NCBI GenBank assembly: GCA_021809925.1
Contig: JAJZJV010000001.1
Span: forward strand, 14,138-78,137
Direction: 5' to 3'
DNA from: Candidatus Micrarchaeota archaeon
GTDB taxonomy: Archaea > Micrarchaeota > Micrarchaeia > Micrarchaeales > CABMGC01
DNA: 64,000 nt
Shown: piece after piece, positions 10,562-21,328 of the stretch
Position numbering within the stretch: position 1 is the stretch's first letter
Layout: each line of letters begins with the position of its first letter
Program-made: the position numbers and the translations under genes
The notes under the pieces: model-generated
Seen by the model: the letters and a program-made list of their open reading frames with translations, nothing else
Told to the model about the DNA's origin: nothing
Databases searched by the model: none

Positions 10562-10686
10562 ATTACCTATAAACTACTATTCACCATCAATTGTGGTATG
10601 CTGGCTTACATATGTTGGAGGGGTGCGTTAGACTTCGCCGAACCATCATCGTGGTATGTTAAATTAAAACGTCACCCTTCCATCTC
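10562..10686 (-). ncRNA. Predicted bridge RNA (seekRNA) with target-binding and donor-binding loops
   Basis: Two tandem stem/internal-loop/hairpin units sharing CAU-ACCA...UGGU; loop strands match the junction sequences; boundaries approximate. Confidence 0.85.
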
Positions 10687-10688
10687 AT

Positions 10689-11672
10689 TCATTGGTCATG
10701 GTACTCTTCATCCCTCTTGAGCATCCAATATATGATTCGCAACAATCTCTTCATGCTGGCTATCTTCGCCTTCTTCCTTCCTATTCTGTCCCTGTTTTCT
10801 TCATACCAATATGTCACAATCGAACTCTTGCCGAATCTCGTGTGAATGTTGGCACATTGCAGCAATACTGACTTAAGGAAGGTGTTGCCTTTCACTATGT
10901 GACCTTTCCATTCATTGTCTCCGGACTGGTGTGTCCGCGGCACAACGCCTGCGAATGAAAACAGTCTGAATTCGTCGTGGAATCGATTTATGTCGCCTAT
11001 TTCTGCAGCGATTATAAGAGAAGCGCACGGACCGAAACCAGGAATCGTATCTATAAGCCGCGCATAATGGCTGACTAATGATTTGCCGTTTTGCACGATA
11101 TCATGGATCCTTTTATCGTATTCTCCAATGGTTGCATCAGTCTCGTCTAACTGCCTGAGAAGCAGTTCAAGTTTCGGCTCGTTCCCCAATATCTTCCTGT
11201 TTTTCTTTCCAAGTCTCTTTACGTCTATCCCGAGGCAGAACGCATGGTACTTTATCTTGTTGACTATTGCAACTCTCTGCCTTACGGCTAACGCCCTATC
11301 CCTGCAGAGGTCCCTCGCATCCCTAACCTCCCTGATTGGCAGGTAAGATTTGGGCAGATAGTCCTTCTTGTACAGATCCATGAGCGTGTGCGCATCATTC
11401 TTGTCGGTCTTCTTTACCGACTGCGAGATAAGTCTCACCTTTGCGGGATGCGCAACAGTCAAATCATAACCCTCAAACATGTTTGCAATCCAATTGGTGT
11501 TGCTGCTTGCCTCAACTATTATTTTGGGATTGTCCACTTCTTCAAAGAAAGCAGAGAACCCCTCTTTTGTTGTATATGTGTATCCCTCTTTCACAACTAT
11601 GACGTTCTCTTCCATAACAACATAACTCTTCCACTTCCCAAGGTCTATTGCCATTTCCATATTTGCACCCAT
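10689..11672 (-). CDS. IS110 DEDD recombinase
   Basis: AIDLGK, VEASS, KTDKNDA (DEDD RuvC-like); IPGFGP, FAGVVPRTHQSG (catalytic Ser); start could be ATG 11660 or 11654. Confidence 0.95.
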   Translation of the reverse strand: MGANMEMAIDLGKWKSYVVMEENVIVVKEGYTYTTKEGFSAFFEEVDNPKIIVEASSNTNWIANMFEGYDLTVAHPAKVRLISQSVKKTDKNDAHTLMDLYKKDYLPKSYLPIREVRDARDLCRDRALAVRQRVAIVNKIKYHAFCLGIDVKRLGKKNRKILGNEPKLELLLRQLDETDATIGEYDKRIHDIVQNGKSLVSHYARLIDTIPGFGPCASLIIAAEIGDINRFHDEFRLFSFAGVVPRTHQSGDNEWKGHIVKGNTFLKSVLLQCANIHTRFGKSSIVTYWYEENRDRIGRKKAKIASMKRLLRIIYWMLKRDEEYHDQ

Positions 11673-11814
11673 TTATACATTACACCGCAACATTATCTGG
11701 CTTGTTGCGGCATCTGGGTGCGAGGAGGAATTAAACATGCCAGACTTCGCCACTTAGGTAATCATATCTTTGGTGCGCCAATTTATTTTGGTAATTATAT
11801 GGCAACACCAAATA

Positions 11815-12600
11815 TAGTAGTAGATAGCCAGAAAAATAACCTTAATTATATTATGAGTGGATTTCCCTCGTAAATCTACTTGAATGCTCTCGAAGTTTTG
11901 TTATATTCTTCTATGAAATCTATAATTTTCCTGGATAAATCCTTTTTGTGTTGAAACTTCCCCTATTTATCAACTGCTTCTGAATAATTGCAAACCATAA
12001 TTCTACCTGATTGAGCCACGATGCGTGAGTTGGTGTAAAGTGGAAGTGCACATTTTTGTGTTCGGATAACCATTCGTGTATTTCGTCAGTATCGTGAGTG
12101 CCAAAATTGTCAACTACGATGTGTAACATTTTTCCTGCATTTCCCCATCTTGCGTAAACATGTTTTAAGAATTGGAGAATTCTACTGCTGTGTGTCGAGG
12201 TGCCAACATCCCAAAAGCTTTACCATCGTTGATTCTGAACGCTGCAAATAAATCTAAGGTACCATTCCTTTTGTATTCGTGCGATGAATGCTCTTGACTA
12301 CCTACTTTCATTGGCTCTATTCTCCTTGAAAGCATTTGAATGCCCGGTTTTTCATCTATACAAATTACAAATGCATTCTTTGGTGGATTCAAATACAATC
12401 CAACAACACCTGTCCCTTTCTTCTCGAATTCGGGATCATTACTAAAGCACCACATTTGACTCTGGTGTGGTTTTAAGTTATCCCTTCATAATCTCTTGCA
12501 GTCTGCTCTTTTTAACAAATCCAAGTTCGTCTGACAGTCGACGTATACTCCAATATGCGTTGTTCTTTGGCTTTTTACATGCCGTTTCTGCAATCTTCAG
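11815..12600 (-). pseudogene. IS630-family transposase, fragmented and 5'-truncated
   Basis: YWSIRRLS, ICIDEKPG, YKRNGT, VVDNFGTH, FTPTHASWLNQVELWF spread over several frames. Confidence 0.9.
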
Positions 12601-12616
12601 AATAGGCAAAAGCTTT

Positions 12617-13280
12617 CCCCCGACCTTGTCGGGGGCAGGAACCTAATCCTGCAATAAATATATCCTTTCTCTTCTAAAATCCTTTGACGGCGAGTGGACA
12701 CGGTTTCGACGCGTCCGGATTTTTCGCCGCCGAAGTAATTCCATGGATAGTGTAAACCACGCAAAAAATATAAAGGGAACAAAATTCGACTGGCAGTATA
12801 ACTGGTCGCACATCGTCTTCGTTACCAAGAAGAGGAAGAAGAACTTCAGGAAGGAATACAACAGGATCGTTGTAAGAACTGCGATCGAAGAAGCAGCTGC
12901 AAGGTTCGGAATTGGCATAAAGGAATTCTCGTTCAGCGACGATTTTGCGCACGTGCACATGGAACTCAACATCCCAAATACTCTGACAATGTGCCAGGTA
13001 GTTCAGATCTTGAAGAGTCACTCTGCATCAGCAGTCTTCCAGAGAATCCCAAACTTCAGGAAACTTTATCCACGGAGAAGTTTCTGGGGTATCAGTTCAG
13101 TAACAGCAGCACCGGCCCTGTAGGTGAAAAGGTTGTTCAGAATTACATACGCAGACAGGACATCTCAGAGAAATACAGTGAAAAGCAGAAGAGATTATTT
13201 AACTGAGATGCGACTGCCATCGAGCAATCCGAATACCCCCGACGTAGTCGGGGGATGGATTGCTCGTGCTTGGGGTTCAT
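12617..13280 (+). mobile_element. IS200-type element (tnpA only)
   Basis: Hairpins CCCCCGAC-CTT-GTCGGGGG (12617-12635) and CCCCCGAC-GTA-GTCGGGGG (13236-13254) flank tnpA; exact ends uncertain. Confidence 0.85.
12743..13206 (+). pseudogene. tnpA: IS200/IS605 Y1 HUH transposase, frameshifted
   Basis: HIVFVTK, HVH, LKSHS, FWG in one frame; catalytic NYIRRQ in another; shift in the G-run near 13086. Confidence 0.88.
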
Positions 13281-13299
13281 AAGGGGCGTAGCCCCTTAT

Positions 13300-13553
13300 T
13301 TTATATACTAGAAGCAAAAGAAGTAGCTAATGAAGTAGCTAATAAACTAAGTAAGGTTCTTGATTCAAAGCATAGTTGGTATGCAGATTTCAAAAACGAT
13401 ACACACCATTACATTATTTTTCGTAATAAGGTCTTCTATATCGATAGATCAAGTAAAGAACAATATGACAAGGCTACTACATACGAACTTACTTTAGGTA
13501 TACCTGATTACCAGCTTGATTTTAGCTCTCATATAAAAGAATGGGTTAGGTAA
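13300..13553 (+). pseudogene. 5'-truncated hypothetical gene
   Basis: Protein-like tail WYADFKN...GIPDYQLDF; the only start codon lies inside the IS200 right end. Confidence 0.55.
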
Positions 13554-14412
13554 TTAGTTTTCTGGGATTTGTATTGCCCATCTGATTAATCGAGTCTTCA
13601 TCTATTCCATTTTCCTTTAACAATAGTGTAAATTCTCTAAGTGCCACGCTAGGGCTAGGCATGTTAATCTGGCCTACATCAGAACTTATGATAATCTTAG
13701 ATGGATTTACCTTTTTAATGACTTTAGTTAACTCCAGAATGCTTATTTTATCGATCGCATACATAGAGTATGGTACTTCGATATACACACCCTTTGTTTG
13801 TGAAATCTCTGCTTGCTTATCTATTGGCATCTCTATGAGTTGATACATGGGGTGAGTAATTATTATCTTGTCAATTCCTAATCCTAGAGCTTCAGCTACA
13901 ACGAGTTCTGTCTCAACAGTAGAGATGTGGCCAGTTGCCAGTATACTGTTATTGTCTTTTATCATTTTAAGTACCGACAGTGCTTTTTCTGTCAATTTGC
14001 CTGAGCTGTTAATAACTGTTATACCTCTAATTTCACCTGAAAGGCGAGATTTAAACCTTCTATTAACCCACTCTGGTCTTATTTCGTATTTACTTCTTTT
14101 CAGATAGTTGTCAGCATTTATTGTAGGAAACCAGACTATTATAGGCCTTTCTGATATTTTCGCTGTACTATACACGACATCTGGATTTAGTCCACCTACA
14201 TAATTATTTAGTACGACAGAACCTATCAACTCTAAATTTGTGGTATTCTTTAGACTAGCGATAAATGGCGTTGTCGGATAAAAATGATTTTTTAGTCCTA
14301 TCCCACAAATTCTATTATTTTCTTCGCTAATCAATGTCTCCAATGTAAATTTTCTAGGTATTGGCTCTGGCCCAATGTGGACGTGTAAATCTACGAAATC
14401 TTTAATTTCCAT
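13546..14412 (-). CDS. Amidohydrolase-fold metal-dependent hydrolase (DUF6282-like)
   Basis: DLHVH, KNH, ATGH, ITHP, SSDVGQ metal-ligand motifs. Confidence 0.85.
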   Translation of the reverse strand: MEIKDFVDLHVHIGPEPIPRKFTLETLISEENNRICGIGLKNHFYPTTPFIASLKNTTNLELIGSVVLNNYVGGLNPDVVYSTAKISERPIIVWFPTINADNYLKRSKYEIRPEWVNRRFKSRLSGEIRGITVINSSGKLTEKALSVLKMIKDNNSILATGHISTVETELVVAEALGLGIDKIIITHPMYQLIEMPIDKQAEISQTKGVYIEVPYSMYAIDKISILELTKVIKKVNPSKIIISSDVGQINMPSPSVALREFTLLLKENGIDEDSINQMGNTNPRKLIT

Positions 14413-15272
14413 TATATCACCTCATCACTTCTTAGTAAACCTTCTAAAGTATCACTACTCATCCATGGAGCTTTATTCTTAATTACGTACACCCTCATGA
14501 AACTTTGCAAATCTGCTGCGTCGTTTTCCTTCTTCACCAGACTTAGTTTGATTGGATCGTATAGTTGACCTATCAGAATGGCCTCTGTTACTCTTTCTTC
14601 TACATACCTTTTTGCACTCCGATCAATGTTATCGGGATTCATTATCCTTGCTTTTCTTAACGCATCTCGTATTAGGTTATCTATTGGCATTTCAGATATG
14701 TTGGCTTTTATCCATGAATATTCTTCTAAATTTTCTCCTTTAATCCTAGACCAAGGAATGAAGCTTATGTTTAGTTTTCCTTCTCCTGTCAATGGTCTCA
14801 TAATGCCTTGTATTACATTACTTAAAGCATTGAAATATCCGTTAACAAAACTTTCAGATAGTCCATTAATATCAGTCCCATAAGTGTCTGCTGGCATTAC
14901 TAAGAATCGGATTTCGAAACCATATCTGATAAAACCTTCTAATATTTCCTTGACTTCCCTCAATGTAGCTATTTCGGGACTCGATTCACCTATTTCTGTA
15001 GTTTTTATTTTGTATCTCGGCCCCCATGGTGAAAAGAAACATAGCTCTGACTCTCCTATTCTACAAAGTGCTAATTTATCTACTATGTCATCAAAACGGA
15101 CTGGTTTCTGTTTTCCACTTTCCTCTTTCCGAGTGTTAAGAAATTCTAATGCTAGGTCCATATCTTGTGCTTTTCTAACTAGTTGAGGTCTATCTAATTG
15201 ACCTTTATAACCTAATCTAACTAAAGACTGCCTAACTGTTGTACTAATTTCTCTATTTCTTAGTTGTTCCAT
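14412..15272 (-). CDS. Hypothetical Rossmann-type enzyme (Dit1/PvcA isonitrile synthase-like or CDPS-like)
   Basis: FFSPWGPR, VMPADTYGTDING, RYVEERVTEA motif pattern; coupled to the amidohydrolase; family assignment tentative. Confidence 0.45.
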   Translation of the reverse strand: MEQLRNREISTTVRQSLVRLGYKGQLDRPQLVRKAQDMDLALEFLNTRKEESGKQKPVRFDDIVDKLALCRIGESELCFFSPWGPRYKIKTTEIGESSPEIATLREVKEILEGFIRYGFEIRFLVMPADTYGTDINGLSESFVNGYFNALSNVIQGIMRPLTGEGKLNISFIPWSRIKGENLEEYSWIKANISEMPIDNLIRDALRKARIMNPDNIDRSAKRYVEERVTEAILIGQLYDPIKLSLVKKENDAADLQSFMRVYVIKNKAPWMSSDTLEGLLRSDEVI

Positions 15273-15590
15273 ATTTTTCACTATTTAAGATTTTTAGCAT
15301 TAATTTACCGAGATTAGTCATTTTTGCCTCAGAATTGCTAAACGCTATGATCCCTAACTTTTGTAGAATCTTTGCGTTAAATTTCAATGTAGAAAGAGGT
15401 ATTCCGTATTTTTGTGAAAGACTTAGAAGTAGAGGTGTGATATATTCAAATCCTCTGATGTTTGATAAAATTAGTACCTGATTTTTATTCAATGCCTTAA
15501 GTAAAACTGGCCTAAATTCTTCCCTTCTTACTCCATATAACCGTTCCTGTATTCTATAAGAACGGCATATTCGTGTTGGCTCGGCATCAT
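15253..15590 (-). pseudogene. Winged-helix regulator, 5' end probably frameshifted
   Basis: ALNKNQVLIL...IPLSTLKFNAKILQKLG...MTNLG; the RBS-linked ATG near 15590 is out of frame. Confidence 0.55.
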
Positions 15591-15650
15591 ACTCCCTCGT
15601 TAGGTAATTTTAGATTTCTTTATTTAGATATATAAGCATTTTGGACAGGT

Positions 15651-15840
15651 TTACTTGGCCTTCTCCATAACCTTCCCATAAACTTTAATCTTCTTCCCTT
15701 CTTTTATGTTTTTCTTCATATACCAGAGCGTATTTCTCCTTAACCCTGACTTTCTTTGCTCTTCAGGAGTTATATTTAGTATCTTTTCCCTCAGCCCCGA
15801 GTCATCTGCCCTTTTATCTGAATTTCTGGTATGCTAAAGC
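15651..15840 (-). pseudogene. C-terminal HTH fragment resembling casposon Cas1 (casposase)
   Basis: FSIPEIQIK/RADDSGLREKILNITPEEQRKSGLRRNTLWYMKKNIKEGKKIKVYGKV; not in the ORF track. Confidence 0.6.
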
Positions 15841-16357
15841 CGTTCAATTTTGTTATTGTTGGCATAGGGCAGAAATTAGACCCATCGACCAAAGAACCAA
15901 TAATACCCCTGGAGGCTCACACCAAAACACAGATATCGTGCCGTTTAGTCCGTTTACCGATTACAAAACTGGTAAAGAGTACAAAGATAACACAAGGTTC
16001 TACTGGAAACCGTTTTTAGAATTCCTCTTTGGCTACATGGACCATAATGATAACAAGTACGGCGGCGATATAGGAGAGCTAAGAAGGAAACAAATCGTTA
16101 TCAATTGCATTGAACACATCGGCAAAGAGCCGAATAATCTTGAGGAAACAGAGGCTATCAGTGTTTCGGATAATGATTACGTTATCTATGATAATAAAAC
16201 TGAGCAGAGGAGAGCAGATGTCATCAGGAATATGACAACGAAAGACGCTAAACGCATTGGATTATCGAAAATGTAGAGGTTTAGGTTGAAGAAGATAAAA
16301 GAAGGAAAGAAGATAATGTTAAAGAAGAAAACGATGAAGAAACTAATGGGAATGTGA
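15831..16357 (+). pseudogene. C-terminal fragment resembling casposon-type family B DNA polymerase
   Basis: KPFNFVIVG, PFTDYKTG, YWKP, IGKEPNNLEE and a terminal HTH; frameshift and internal stop. Confidence 0.65.
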
Positions 16358-16361
16358 TAGC

Positions 16362-16532
16362 ATGACAAAACCTATGCCAGAGATAAGAAAAAAGGTTCTT
16401 GATGAATTATTTGGTGATTGGGAAGATTACAAACACCATTTCAATTCAATTGACCTCAAAGTGGCTACGTTAGAGAAACTTATCAATAGGACTATAAAAG
16501 CAACTTCAGAAAAGCTAGAAGAGAAAAAATAG
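16362..16532 (+). CDS. Small hypothetical protein (56 aa)
   Basis: ATG with GTGA RBS-like motif directly after the polB fragment; MTKPMPEIRKKVLDELFGDW... Confidence 0.4.
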   Translation: MTKPMPEIRKKVLDELFGDWEDYKHHFNSIDLKVATLEKLINRTIKATSEKLEEKK

Positions 16533-16661
16533 CACCAAGCAAGGTTATAAAAAACAGCCAAGTTTCAAATCCAATCCCCCCAGCCTCAGCCTTCTCCATG
16601 CTAAAAATATGTTAGAAAAAGGTAACATTTGAGGCTTCTGTATATAACCTCTATATCTTAG

Positions 16662-16736
16662 CGGGCCCGGTGGGATTTGAACCCACGACTTATTGGTTAA
16701 GAGCCAACCACTCTGACCAAGCTGAGTTACGGGCCC
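16662..16736 (-). tRNA. tRNA-Lys(CTT)
   Basis: GGGCCCG acceptor stem, GTTGG-CTCTTAA-CCAAT anticodon arm, GTTCAAATC T-loop; no intron, CCA not encoded. Confidence 0.97.
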
Positions 16737-16989
16737 AGAAAGCGTTATTTATTATTGTCCTCTTTATTTCTATCAGAATGATTCAATACTCTAAGCTATT
16801 TATTTATGTTCATCAATATTTTTAAAATATGTGGATCATGCTTGCATCCTGACGGCTTTCCTTGCTGCATGGAATCTCAAGTATTGTTACGTCGATAATA
16901 TGAGGATGCAATCCGAAATGTATATATTGTTTCTCAACCAAAGTTAATAATACTTGAATTAATATAATAATATCATAGCTCTTATCTAA

Positions 16990-18915
<1,926 letters not shown>

Positions 18916-18919
18916 TCAA

Positions 18920-21328
18920 ATGAACATAATAGACGTTTCTCTAGAAGAAGAATTGCAAACAAGCTATATTGATTACGCCATGAGCGTTATCATAGGCAGA
19001 GCCATCCCTGATGTCAGAGACGGGCTTAAACCTGTTCAGAGAAGAATCCTCTATGCCATGTATAATATCAAAAACTTACATAATCTTCCAACAAAGAAAA
19101 GCGCAAGAATTGTCGGAGAGGTTATAGGTAAGTTTCATCCTCATGGCGACCAGGCAGTGTACTCCTCGCTTGTAAGAATGGCCCAGGACTTTTCAATGAA
19201 CCATCTTCTTGTTGAAGGCCAGGGGAATTTTGGCTCTGTTGATGGTGACCCTCCTGCAGCGATGAGATACACAGAAGTCAGACTAACACGGCTAGCTGGA
19301 GAGATGCTTTCAGATCTTGAGAAGGAAACGGTTGAATTCGTACCAAACTTTGATAATACTGAACAAGAGCCGGTAATATTGCCTTCAAAGATACCTGCTC
19401 TATTGATAAATGGGACCTCAGGAATAGCTGTCGGGGTTGCAACAAGCATACCTTCTCATAATATAAACGAAGTCTGTGATGCAATAGTCTACAGGCTCGC
19501 CAACGAGGAGGCCATTGCAGAAGATATCCTTAAAATAATAAAAGGCCCCGACTTCCCGACTGGCGGAATAGCTATAATGTCCCAATCTTCTTATGATGGT
19601 TATAAAAATGGGAGGGGGCAGCTTACAATACGGGCAAAAGCAAAGGTTGAAGACAATAGAATAGTGATAGGAGATATACCTTACAACGTCAACAAATCCA
19701 ATCTTATCCGTACGATAGTTGATCTTGTCAAAGAGAAGAAAGTGCTTGGCATAAAAGATATCAGGGATGAGAGCGACAAGGCAGGAGTACGGTTAGTAAT
19801 TGAATTGAAGGGGGATTTTGGCGGAGAGCAGACACTTAACCGGCTGTATAAGCACACACAGCTGGAAGTAACTTTCCCTATAATAAATCTCGTCATACTT
19901 GGAAAGCAGCTAAGAACAATGAGCATTCTTCAGCTAATAGATTCCTTCATAGATCATAGGAAGGAAATGATACTTAAGCGAAGCAGATTCGACCTTAATG
20001 TCTCAAAAGAGAGGCTCCACATCGTGGAAGGTCTTCTAATAGCGATAGACAACATAGACAAGATTGTTAAGGAAATAAAGGAAAGCAGCGAGATTGCAGA
20101 AGCAAGGGCAAAGCTCAGCGCCACCTATAGCCTAAGCGAGAAACAGGCAAACGCAATATTGGACATGAAGCTCAGCCGCCTCACACATCTTGAAGAAACG
20201 TCTCTCTTAAAAGAGAAAGCCGAGCACGAAAACAAGATCACATACTTCACAGAGCTAATAAACAATAAATCCAAAATTATCGAGATAATCCGGAGCGAAG
20301 CTGAAGAGATAAAGAAGAACTATGGCCGTGAAAGGAGAACAGAGATAATCGAAAGCGACCAGGCATCAGAATTTACTGATGAAGACTTGATTACAAACGA
20401 GAAGGTGTCAATAATTCTCACGAATGGCGGCTACATCAAAAGAATGGCAATTGCAAACTATCGTGACCAGTCGCGCGGAGGCAAAGGCATAATCTCAATA
20501 AATCTAAAGGAAGGAGACTATGTAAAGCAGATCCAGACTTGCAACAACAAGGACTTCCTCCTCTGCATTTCCGATGCAGGAAAGGCCTATTGGTTGAAAG
20601 CATACGCCATCCCCGAGAGCAGCAGGTACTCCGAGGGAAAAGCAATCGCAAACATGCTAAATATAGGAGAAGAAAAGATCGTTGTTATGTTCAATACAAC
20701 GAACTTTGAGGGATCCAAAATAGCCTTCTTAACAAAGAAAGGCATTATCAAAAGGGCGGAAAGCGCGCTTTTCTCAAGGCCAAGAACCACCGGAGTAAGG
20801 GCAATTAACCTAAACGAATCCGACGCGATAGCCGACGCGATAATATACACAAACGAGAAATACTTAATACTCTCAACCAAGAAAGGCAAGTCCATCAAAT
20901 TTGCAGAGGATTCCATACGCTTCACCGGCAGAACTTCAATGGGCGTCAGGGGAATAAGGCTCTCAAATGGCGATACTGCATGTAACATAATCGCGGCTGG
21001 AGAAGAAGGAAGCATACTAACTGTGACTGAAAATGGGTATGGCAAACTCACTGACGTTGAGAAGTATCGCATTCAAGGGCGCGGAGGAAGCGGTGTCATA
21101 AACCTGAAAGTATCTGAGAAGACAGGAACGGTGGCAAAATCTCTATTTGTCAAGGATGAGAAAACCGCAATATTAATCAATTCTCTTGGAATTAGCATAT
21201 CCTTCCCGATTGCCTCAATCAGGGTCACCGGAAGGGCAGCAAGTGGCGTAAGATTAATGCGATTAGAGCAAGGCTCACGGGTAGTTGATGCACAAATTCT
21301 TGCAGAAGAAGAGAAAGAAGCTACTTAA
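18920..21328 (+). CDS. gyrA: DNA gyrase subunit A
   Basis: DGLKPVQRR, HPHGD, AAMRYTE, GyrA-box-like QSRGGKG, pinwheel repeats. Confidence 0.97.
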   Translation: MNIIDVSLEEELQTSYIDYAMSVIIGRAIPDVRDGLKPVQRRILYAMYNIKNLHNLPTKKSARIVGEVIGKFHPHGDQAVYSSLVRMAQDFSMNHLLVEGQGNFGSVDGDPPAAMRYTEVRLTRLAGEMLSDLEKETVEFVPNFDNTEQEPVILPSKIPALLINGTSGIAVGVATSIPSHNINEVCDAIVYRLANEEAIAEDILKIIKGPDFPTGGIAIMSQSSYDGYKNGRGQLTIRAKAKVEDNRIVIGDIPYNVNKSNLIRTIVDLVKEKKVLGIKDIRDESDKAGVRLVIELKGDFGGEQTLNRLYKHTQLEVTFPIINLVILGKQLRTMSILQLIDSFIDHRKEMILKRSRFDLNVSKERLHIVEGLLIAIDNIDKIVKEIKESSEIAEARAKLSATYSLSEKQANAILDMKLSRLTHLEETSLLKEKAEHENKITYFTELINNKSKIIEIIRSEAEEIKKNYGRERRTEIIESDQASEFTDEDLITNEKVSIILTNGGYIKRMAIANYRDQSRGGKGIISINLKEGDYVKQIQTCNNKDFLLCISDAGKAYWLKAYAIPESSRYSEGKAIANMLNIGEEKIVVMFNTTNFEGSKIAFLTKKGIIKRAESALFSRPRTTGVRAINLNESDAIADAIIYTNEKYLILSTKKGKSIKFAEDSIRFTGRTSMGVRGIRLSNGDTACNIIAAGEEGSILTVTENGYGKLTDVEKYRIQGRGGSGVINLKVSEKTGTVAKSLFVKDEKTAILINSLGISISFPIASIRVTGRAASGVRLMRLEQGSRVVDAQILAEEEKEAT

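Larger units (their letters stand above)
10461..11746 (-). mobile_element. IS110-family element, IS1111 type
   Basis: Sub-terminal IRs ATGTTAATTCCTCC (10467-10480) and GGAGGAATTAAACAT (11724-11738); core ACT at both junctions (10461-10463, 11744-11746); long 3' non-coding end. Confidence 0.9.

Noticed and set aside
10571..10660. Duplicated ACCATCA...GTGGTATG as a mini-CRISPR
   Set aside because: Only two units; better explained as the apical hairpins of the two bridge-RNA loops
12743..13206. This TnpA as mobiliser of the tnpB element at 40.2 kb
   Set aside because: It is frameshifted and the end hairpins differ (CCCCCGAC versus CCCAC)
16562..16580. GTTTCAAATCC resembling a CRISPR repeat start or a tRNA att duplication
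   Set aside because: Single copy, and inverted relative to the tRNA so not a direct att repeat; no array in the window
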